Source: Rickettsiales bacterium (lineage in GTDB: Bacteria; Pseudomonadota; Alphaproteobacteria; Rickettsiales; UBA8987). From it: a DNA stretch of 33,530 nt. The stretch is from positions 1 through 33,530 of the forward strand of contig JANQHP010000040.1 of assembly GCA_028282625.1 (NCBI GenBank), given 5' to 3'. This document shows positions 1 to 5,884 of this stretch, one piece after another. Position 1 is the stretch's first letter; each line of letters opens with the position of its first letter. Below the pieces are notes generated by a model. The model saw nothing but the letters and a program-made list of their open reading frames with translations, was not told the origin of the DNA and did not search any database. The position numbers were made by a program, and so were the translations under genes.

Positions 1-411
1 TATGTCAAAGGCAGGCTACTGCTTGAAGTACAGCGTGCCAAAGAGGCTTATGCCTTGCTCAAATCCGGTGCGCTGAACGGCCTGAGTATTGGCTATCGCG
101 TACAGCAATCCGATATTGAGCCGAGTAGCGGGGTCAGGATGTTGCAGGATATTGACCTGTTTGAGGTCAGCCTTGTGACCTTTCCTGCGAATGCACATGC
201 GGGTGTGACCTCGGTAAAAAACAATGCTCCTGATACCGTGCGTGGGTTTGAGCATTTCCTGCGGGAGGCAGGTTTTTCACGCAAACATGCGCGAGACATT
301 GCACTGCATGGCTTTGACGCGGTGCAGGAGAACCTGCGGGAGGCAGGGAGTGAGGCATGGATCGCCGCAGATGAGGCCTTTGATAAGGCCATTTCTATTT
401 TACACACATAA
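1..411 (+). CDS. HK97-family prohead protease, C-terminal part (RcGTA g4 position); the 5' end lies upstream of the window
   Basis: Frame 1 is open from nt 1 to TAA 409-411. The translation ...LKSGALNGLSIGYRV...IDLFEVSLVTFPANAHAGVTSV... matches the conserved C-terminal block of HK97-type prohead proteases. It lies directly 5' of the capsid gene, as in HK97-like phages and RcGTA. Confidence 0.85.
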   Translation, partial: YVKGRLLLEVQRAKEAYALLKSGALNGLSIGYRVQQSDIEPSSGVRMLQDIDLFEVSLVTFPANAHAGVTSVKNNAPDTVRGFEHFLREAGFSRKHARDIALHGFDAVQENLREAGSEAWIAADEAFDKAISILHT

Positions 412-428
412 CAACAAAGGATGGGAAA

Positions 429-1631
429 ATGACACTCTCACGCTTAACCAAACGTGTGGAGGCGCTAGGCTCTGCATGGGAACAATTTAAACAGGTCAAT
501 GATCGTCGGATTGACGAAATTGAACGCAAAGGCAATGCTGATCCACTGACGATCGAGCAGCTGAACAAGATCAATGGTGCGCTGGACGGATACAAAAACC
601 GCCTAGAACACATGGAAACCGCCATGGTGCGCCCAGGTCTTGGCGGCGTGGCAGCCCAAGGTGGCTACAGCGCTTCCGCCTCGGAGCACAAGGAAGCTTT
701 TTGCTCTTACCTGCGCAAAGGTACCGAAGACGATCTGGCATTTTTGGAGAAAAAAGCGCTTTCGGTTGGCTCAGACCCTGATGGTGGCTACTTGGTCACG
801 CAGCAGATGTCTGGCTCGATTGTGGAGAAAGTCTATGAAACGTCTCCGATGCGTCAGTTGGCTTCTGTGGAAAGCATTTCCAGCGATGCACTGGAAGTGC
901 TGGAAGAAACGACGGAAGCAGTCGCGGGTTGGAGTGCTTCAGAAACCGCCGCGGTAGCTGATACAGATACACCGGACTTCGTGAAGAAGGTGATTGCGGT
1001 GCATGAGCTTTTTGCGCAGCCTAAAGCGACCCAAAAGCTGCTGGATGATGCCAGTGTGGATGTGGAAGCCTGGCTTTCTGAGAAATTGGTGGATGTGTTC
1101 TCTCGCAAAGAGAATGCGGCTTTCATCAACGGAACGGGGACCGGTCATCCTAAGGGGATTTTGACGTATCCTGCAGGCACTTCTGCCACGCAAATTGAGC
1201 AGGTCAATTCCGGTAGTGCGGGTAATGTGACGGCCGATAGCCTGATTCAGCTTTATTACGCGCTGAAGGAAGAATATGCCGCGCATGCGACCTTCCTGAT
1301 GAACCGTGCGACCGTGCAACAAGCACGCTTGCTCAAAGAAAGCACGACGGATCAATATCTGTGGAATCCTGGTTTAAGCGCTGGCGCTCCCGATACGTTG
1401 CTCGGTGTACCGGTGATGCAAGCTGCCGACATGCCTGCACCTACGGCTTCCAGCCTTTCCGTGGCGCTCGGTGATTTCTCGCGTGCTTACCAGATTGTGG
1501 ACCGGACAGGGCTGCGTGTACTGCGTGACCCTTACACCGAGAAGCCTTTTGTGAAGTTTTACAGCACCAAACGTGTGGGCGGTGATGTGATTAACACTGA
1601 AGCGATCAAGCTGCTGAACCTTGCAGTGTAG
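429..1631 (+). CDS. HK97-fold major capsid protein (RcGTA g5 position)
   Basis: 400-aa ORF with AAGGA about 7 nt upstream of ATG 429. An N-terminal coiled delta-domain-like region (LNKINGALDGYKNRLEHME) is followed by typical HK97 capsid blocks (GSDPDGGYLV, ENAAFINGTGTGHPKGIL, AYQIVDRTGLRVLRDPYTEKPFVKFYSTKRVGGDV). Confidence 0.95.
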   Translation: MTLSRLTKRVEALGSAWEQFKQVNDRRIDEIERKGNADPLTIEQLNKINGALDGYKNRLEHMETAMVRPGLGGVAAQGGYSASASEHKEAFCSYLRKGTEDDLAFLEKKALSVGSDPDGGYLVTQQMSGSIVEKVYETSPMRQLASVESISSDALEVLEETTEAVAGWSASETAAVADTDTPDFVKKVIAVHELFAQPKATQKLLDDASVDVEAWLSEKLVDVFSRKENAAFINGTGTGHPKGILTYPAGTSATQIEQVNSGSAGNVTADSLIQLYYALKEEYAAHATFLMNRATVQQARLLKESTTDQYLWNPGLSAGAPDTLLGVPVMQAADMPAPTASSLSVALGDFSRAYQIVDRTGLRVLRDPYTEKPFVKFYSTKRVGGDVINTEAIKLLNLAV

Positions 1632-1656
1632 TTAAGAAAGTACAGCTTTCTCTTTT

Positions 1657-1694
1657 TGAGGCGGCAGGCATAGGGCTTGTCGCCTCATTTTTTT
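1657..1694 (+). terminator. Rho-independent terminator immediately after the capsid gene
   Basis: A 13-bp stem (1657-1669 pairs with 1675-1687; 11 Watson-Crick plus 2 G-U pairs) has a 5-nt loop ATAGG and is followed by seven T (1688-1694). Confidence 0.75.
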
Positions 1695-1716
1695 AAGAGC
1701 GAAGGGGGCAACTTGG

Positions 1717-1959
1717 ATGCGTATTCAGATGACAGAGACACGCCGAGGCAGTGAGGACGGGCTCAAGGTGCGTTGCTACGAGAATGGGCAAACATACGAT
1801 ATGGAGCGCCATTTGGCCTGCGCTTTTTTGGCTGCCGGATGCGCCATTCCAGCTTGGGAGCAAACAAGCATCATTACCGCAGCGTGTTATGGCACAGAAC
1901 GCAGCCGTCCCAATAAAGGCAGATTCATTGAAATAAGGAACATGAAGGAAAAGACATGA
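1717..1959 (+). CDS. small hypothetical protein between the capsid and connector genes (80 aa)
   Basis: ATG 1717 is preceded by GAAGGGGG. The stop overlaps the next start (ATGA at 1956-1959). The N-terminus MRIQMTETRRGSEDGLKVRCYENGQTYDM resembles small conserved ORFs I recall next to capsid genes in alphaproteobacterial phages, from memory only. No family could be assigned. Confidence 0.5.
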   Translation: MRIQMTETRRGSEDGLKVRCYENGQTYDMERHLACAFLAAGCAIPAWEQTSIITAACYGTERSRPNKGRFIEIRNMKEKT

Positions 1960-2498
1960 AGCATCACTCACCAAGGCTAATATTATTTTTACCTCCGACC
2001 ATGGAACCACTCTCATTGGAGGAAGTAAAAGCCTATTTGCGTATTACAGATTCACGGCAAGATAACCTGGTTGATATTATGATTAAAGCCGCACGTGAAC
2101 ATGCGGAGCTTTATACACGGCGTTCTTTAATGGCAAGAGAGTGGAAGCTTGTCTATTCTGATTATGCCCCAACACGTGTGTTTCTTCCACGTGGACCCAT
2201 TCGTTCTTTTGCTTTTGTAAGAATAGAAGATGAATCAGGTGCCACCACGAATTTAAGCACGGATGAATATTATTTAAGCCCCTCTTCAGATGAAATCATT
2301 TTAAAAACCTCACCACGGGGCCATGCTGTCGAGTTTCGTTATGTAGGAGGATATGGTGGGGCTTCCAGCGTGCCTGGCGCCATTCGTCAGGGTATGCTGA
2401 TGCATATTGCGCAGATGTATGAATCAGAAGGTGTAGACCATGGCATGAGCACTGCCATACGCAATCTTTATGATATGTATCGGGTGGTAACGTTATGA
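1956..2498 (+). CDS. gp6-like head-tail connector/adaptor protein (RcGTA g6 position)
   Basis: The motif EPLSLEEVKAYLRITDSRQDNLVDIMIKAAREHAELYTRRSL is typical of the phage gp6-like head-tail connector family. ATGA overlaps at both ends (1956-1959 and 2495-2498) support translational coupling. An alternative start is ATG 2001. Confidence 0.85.
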   Translation: MKHHSPRLILFLPPTMEPLSLEEVKAYLRITDSRQDNLVDIMIKAAREHAELYTRRSLMAREWKLVYSDYAPTRVFLPRGPIRSFAFVRIEDESGATTNLSTDEYYLSPSSDEIILKTSPRGHAVEFRYVGGYGGASSVPGAIRQGMLMHIAQMYESEGVDHGMSTAIRNLYDMYRVVTL

Positions 2499-2845
2499 GT
2501 GGGCACCATCAACAAAAGATTGCACGCGCAAAGCTCAACACGTTTTTGACCATTGAGCAACCCATTCGGGTAAGCGACCAGGCGGGCGGTTATAGCACCA
2601 GCTGGCAGGTGCTCGCTGCCGTGTGGGGCTGGGTCCGACATGTGGGTAGCATTTCCAGTGATTCATATGGCAATAACGCTTCGGTAGGCGGGCAGCGCTT
2701 TCGGCTGGTGATACGCTACCGAAGCGATGTAACCGCGGATATGCGGATTCTGATCGATGGGAAGATCTATCGCATTCTTTCGGTGGTCGACCCGGATCAC
2801 GGGCAGCACACACTCGAGCTTATCATCGAAAAAGGAGAGCAATAA
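2495..2845 (+). CDS. head closure / head-tail joining protein (RcGTA g7 position)
   Basis: 116-aa ORF. The C-terminal pattern FRLVIRYRSDVTADMRILIDGKIYRILSVVDP is characteristic of the SPP1 gp16 / HK97 gp9-type head-tail joining family. It overlaps its neighbours (ATGA, TAATG). Confidence 0.85.
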   Translation: MSGHHQQKIARAKLNTFLTIEQPIRVSDQAGGYSTSWQVLAAVWGWVRHVGSISSDSYGNNASVGGQRFRLVIRYRSDVTADMRILIDGKIYRILSVVDPDHGQHTLELIIEKGEQ

Positions 2846-3252
2846 TGGCACAAGCAGCATGGGAAGTACAAAAATCGCTTTATGCACTGCTTTCTGGTGA
2901 CCCTACCTTGGCGGGTATGGTAAGCGGTGTGTATGATTTTGTACCGGTGGAGGCGGATTTTCCACTGGTGGTGATTGGGCGCACGAAAGAGGAGAGGATC
3001 GTTAGCCCCGGGGTTAGCACCACGGCGATTGGGATCGAGATCAGCGTGTTAAGCGAGGCAAGCAGCCGCGAGCAATGTACGGAGGTAGCAGAAAGAGTGG
3101 AGCATTTGCTACATAGCACAGCCCTGGTTCCACAAGGCTATCTGGTGGTGGGGAGCACGATCAAAGGGAACGTGACGCAGAAATTGGACGAGGGTGGCTA
3201 TTACCAAAGCATGATCCAGTGGGATGTGTGGGTGCGGCCTTCTGCGTCATAA
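2845..3252 (+). CDS. DUF3168-type tail terminator/completion protein (RcGTA g8 position)
   Basis: 135-aa ORF with AAAGGAGAG upstream. The N-terminus AWEVQKSLYALLSGDPTLAGMVSGVYDFVPVEADFPLVVIG matches the DUF3168 pattern found in GTA clusters. Confidence 0.85.
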   Translation: MAQAAWEVQKSLYALLSGDPTLAGMVSGVYDFVPVEADFPLVVIGRTKEERIVSPGVSTTAIGIEISVLSEASSREQCTEVAERVEHLLHSTALVPQGYLVVGSTIKGNVTQKLDEGGYYQSMIQWDVWVRPSAS

Positions 3253-3263
3253 TGTCTAACGGA

Positions 3264-3294
3264 CTGGATCCCGCTATCAAGTAGCGGGATGACG
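3264..3294. repeat. palindromic repeat CTGGATCCCGC-N9-GCGGGATGACG (same family as 17103-17133)
   Basis: A perfect 9-bp stem (ATCCCGCTA at 3268-3276 pairs with TAGCGGGAT at 3282-3290) has a 5-nt loop. The flanks CTGG...GACG are identical to those of the copy at 17103-17133. No T-run follows, so it is not a classical terminator. Confidence 0.65.
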
Positions 3295-3310
3295 CTAAAA
3301 ATTAAATAAA

Positions 3311-3339
3311 TTGAAACAAAAGTGCTGTTGTGGTATAGT
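3311..3339 (+). promoter_or_regulatory. candidate sigma70-type promoter TTGAAA-N17-TATAGT
   Basis: TTGAAA at 3311-3316, an exact 17-nt spacer, and TATAGT at 3334-3339, preceded by an A/T-rich tract (3296-3310). The predicted +1 (about 3346, an A) coincides with ATG 3346. Confidence 0.5.
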
Positions 3340-3345
3340 ATAGGC

Positions 3346-3777
3346 ATGCATTTAGGAAAAACACTGACATTGGATATTCGCCTGCAAGAGGCGGTGGTGG
3401 CTTTTAAGAAGGCGCTGATACCGGATATGGTGGACCAGCATGAGATGGTTGTAAGTGTAGATAGCCAGGAAGCGGCCACAGCGTACGCCGAGCAGAAAAC
3501 ACAGCAGATGGAGCGTACGCAGGAGCAAACACGCATGGAGCGTGAGAAAACGCACGAGATTTTGCATGACCCGCATTTTGCCTGGATGCAGACCGAAGAA
3601 CATAAATACCAGAAGGCACTTAGGAGTTTGGGGGTGGAGGTGGAGCAAGTGATTATGCCGCTGGCCGCCATCGTGCAGGCCTCGGTGGAAGAAGAGCTTG
3701 GGGTGGAGCCTGCGCTTACGCCTGCAGCAGCGATGCCTGCTCGTGAGGCCATGCCACCTCCTGCTGTGGCAGCGTAA
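3346..3777 (+). CDS. hypothetical acidic coiled-coil protein (143 aa from ATG 3346; 151 aa if GTG 3322 is used)
   Basis: This is the only long + strand ORF in the g8-g12 gap. It is hydrophilic, with a Q/E/R-rich predicted helix (AEQKTQQMERTQEQTRMEREKTHE) and a Pro/Ala-rich tail. There is no Shine-Dalgarno before either start, which fits a leaderless ATG 3346 if the promoter is real. The antisense ORF 3201-3812 is Cys/Ser-rich and looks like a shadow. Confidence 0.45.
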   Translation: MHLGKTLTLDIRLQEAVVAFKKALIPDMVDQHEMVVSVDSQEAATAYAEQKTQQMERTQEQTRMEREKTHEILHDPHFAWMQTEEHKYQKALRSLGVEVEQVIMPLAAIVQASVEEELGVEPALTPAAAMPAREAMPPPAVAA

Positions 3778-3810
3778 GCAACAAAACACATCATAGAATA
3801 CACGAACTGC

Positions 3811-3845
3811 AAGAAGCTGATTTTTCAGCTTCTTTTTTTGTTTTT
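3811..3845 (+). terminator. Rho-independent terminator 16 nt upstream of the g12 start
   Basis: A 9-bp perfect stem (AAGAAGCTG at 3811-3819 pairs with CAGCTTCTT at 3826-3834) has a 6-nt loop and is followed by TTTTTGTTTTT (3835-3845). Confidence 0.65.
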
Positions 3846-3861
3846 AAACGGAGGAATGATC

Positions 3862-4461
3862 ATGGATTTTGCAGAAGAGCGGTTGCCAGAAGATATCGCC
3901 AATGGCGCGGAGGGCGGCCCGGAGTTTTCGACCGATATTGTGGTGCTTAGCAGCGGGCATGAGCAGCGCAATAGCAATTGGCAATATCCGCGTGCGCGCT
4001 ACCACATCAGCAAGCCATTGCAAACGCAGGCGCAGATAGAGCGCTTGCAGGCCTTTTTTCGTGCGCGGAAAGGGCGTGCGGCCGGGTTTCGCTTTAAGGA
4101 TTGGAGCGATTACATGCTGGAAAGCGAGGCAATTGGCACGGGTACGGGCTTGGAAACCAGCTTCCAGCTGGTGAAATCGTACACGAGCGGTGGCGTGCAG
4201 AGCGTGCGCACCATTACCAAGCCTGTCATGGGAAGCATCAGCATTTTTGTGGATGGGTTTTTGCAATCCAGCGGCGTGAGTGTGGACGTAACGACTGGCG
4301 TCGTGACGTTTGATACGGCACCTGCCTTGGGTGGTGTGATCACTGCCAGTGGTGAATTTGATGTGCCGGTGCGCTTTGATAATGATTTGCTACAAGCCAA
4401 GCTGGAAGAGCAGGGAAGCTACAGCATGAACAATATAGAGTTAGTTGAAATACGCTTATAA
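3862..4461 (+). CDS. DUF2460-family distal tail protein (RcGTA g12 position)
   Basis: The N-terminus MDFAEERLPEDIANGAEGGPEFSTDIVVLSSGHEQRNSNWQYPRARYHIS fits the conserved DUF2460/TIGR02217-type N-terminus. CGGAGG lies 7 nt upstream of ATG 3862. The ORF-track start at 3838 is an upstream extension. Confidence 0.9.
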   Translation: MDFAEERLPEDIANGAEGGPEFSTDIVVLSSGHEQRNSNWQYPRARYHISKPLQTQAQIERLQAFFRARKGRAAGFRFKDWSDYMLESEAIGTGTGLETSFQLVKSYTSGGVQSVRTITKPVMGSISIFVDGFLQSSGVSVDVTTGVVTFDTAPALGGVITASGEFDVPVRFDNDLLQAKLEEQGSYSMNNIELVEIRL

Positions 4462-4487
4462 ACATATAGTTAATAATATTATATAAT
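4459..4487 (+). promoter_or_regulatory. possible internal promoter TAAACA-N17-TATAAT in the AT-rich g12-g13 spacer
   Basis: Consensus -10 TATAAT at 4482-4487. The -35-like TAAACA (4/6 match) lies at 4459-4464 with a 17-nt spacer. The 41-nt spacer is almost pure A/T, unlike the rest of the cluster. Confidence 0.3.
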
Positions 4488-4502
4488 AAATAGGATAAAG
4501 TA

Positions 4503-5360
4503 ATGAAAACGCTTAGTTCCGCCTTAAATGCGCATTTGCAGCAGGAGGTGACCACGCTTGCACTCTGCTGGAAACTGACTCGCACCGATAGCGTGGTAAT
4601 GGGGTTCACCACCGCGGACCGGGATATTGTTCTGGATGGGGTGACCTATCAGGCTTCCACCGGTTTTGCGCCCGGTGATTTGGAAAGTAATGCGCAAATG
4701 GAGGATGACCGACTGTTGCTGGAAGGATTGCTGCATACCGAAGCGATTACCGATCAGGATGTGACCGCGGGAGTCTATGATTTTGCGGATATTGAGATCT
4801 TTATGGTGAATTATATGGATTTGACCCAAGGCAAAGTGGTGCTTCGGACCGGTATTTTTGGGGAAGTGACCTATGAAAACAACCAGTTTTCAGTCGAAAT
4901 TCACGGCAAATCCCACCAGATGAACCGCACGATCGGGCAGCTTTATTCCCCGCTATGCCGCGCAGAGCTTGGTGATAGCGCGTGCGGTGTAGCACTTGCG
5001 GGCTATACGCGCACCGGCACGGTGACCCAGGTGTTAGACGCCCAAACGCTGGAGGATACAGCGCTGACAGATGTTTCGGGCTTCTTCGATTTTGGCGTGG
5101 TGACCTTTACCAGCGGTGCCAATCAGGGCAAAAGCATGGAGGTGCGGCGCTATATCAACGATGCCTCCTCGCCGCGCTTTACCCTAGCCTTGCCCATGCC
5201 AGAGCCAGTGCAGGTGGGTGATGGCTACAGCATCGTAGCGGGGTGCGACAAGAAAATCGCCACATGCAAGGCGCGCTTTAACAATATCCTCAATTTCCGC
5301 GGGGAGCCTCATGTGCCGGGCATGGACCGGATGCTAAACGGTGATTCGACGCCAAGCTAG
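4503..5360 (+). CDS. DUF2163 / BR0599-family tail hub protein (RcGTA g13 position)
   Basis: The N-terminus TTLALCWKLTRTDSVVMGFTTADRDIVLDGVTYQASTGF and the C-terminus GCDKKIATCKARFNNILNFRGEPHVPGMD match the conserved DUF2163 and phage BR0599 C-terminal motifs. Confidence 0.9.
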   Translation: MKTLSSALNAHLQQEVTTLALCWKLTRTDSVVMGFTTADRDIVLDGVTYQASTGFAPGDLESNAQMEDDRLLLEGLLHTEAITDQDVTAGVYDFADIEIFMVNYMDLTQGKVVLRTGIFGEVTYENNQFSVEIHGKSHQMNRTIGQLYSPLCRAELGDSACGVALAGYTRTGTVTQVLDAQTLEDTALTDVSGFFDFGVVTFTSGANQGKSMEVRRYINDASSPRFTLALPMPEPVQVGDGYSIVAGCDKKIATCKARFNNILNFRGEPHVPGMDRMLNGDSTPS

Positions 5361-5362
5361 CC

Positions 5363-5848
5363 ATGCAACCTACATTGGATCATAGGCGACGCCAGATTGT
5401 GAAAGAGGCGCGCGGGTGGCTTGGCACGCCTTTTTTGCATCAGGGGAGGGTGTGCCATAGTGATGTGGCGCGCGGCGGGTGCGACTGCATTGGATTGATT
5501 GCCGGTGTGGCGAAGGCGCTACAGCTCAAAAGCCACGCGCCGAGCAACCCACTGCTGCACAGTGTGGATATGGGAGGTTATGGGCGTGTACCCGACGGGA
5601 TCCATCTGGAGCGGATGCTGAAGACGCATTTACACATAATTCCGCTGGAAAGCTCCTTGCCAGGCGATGTGCTGCTGCTGCGCTTTGCTGAGCATCCACA
5701 GCATGTGGCGCTTTTAAGCGATTATGGCACGGCACGCGGCATGATCCATTGCTACGCGCAGGCGCGCCGTGTGGTGGAGCATCGCTACGACCGCTGGTGG
5801 CAGGCGCGCACGGTTTCTGCTTTTCGTTTTGATCTTTTCGTTCACTAA
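5363..5848 (+). CDS. NlpC/P60-family cell-wall peptidase (RcGTA g14 position)
   Basis: 161 aa. EARGWLGTPFLHQGRV...GGCDCIGLIAGV contains the NlpC/P60 catalytic Cys context. It starts 2 nt after the g13 stop. Confidence 0.85.
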   Translation: MQPTLDHRRRQIVKEARGWLGTPFLHQGRVCHSDVARGGCDCIGLIAGVAKALQLKSHAPSNPLLHSVDMGGYGRVPDGIHLERMLKTHLHIIPLESSLPGDVLLLRFAEHPQHVALLSDYGTARGMIHCYAQARRVVEHRYDRWWQARTVSAFRFDLFVH

Positions 5849-5884
5849 CACACTTCGTTCACTAAAAACACAGGGCATCACATT

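Noticed and set aside
3652-3663. IMPL tetrapeptide in the gap ORF, reminiscent of the ...EAIMPL... motif I recall in the RcGTA tape-measure protein
   Set aside because: A four-residue match with no surrounding similarity is too weak to call the ORF a tape-measure remnant. It is left as something a profile search could test.
3201-3812. 203-aa minus-strand ORF spanning the g8-g12 gap
   Set aside because: The translation is Cys/Ser/Ala-rich with no start context. It is antisense to the better-behaved hydrophilic + strand ORF and runs against the promoter and terminator orientation. I treat it as a shadow ORF.
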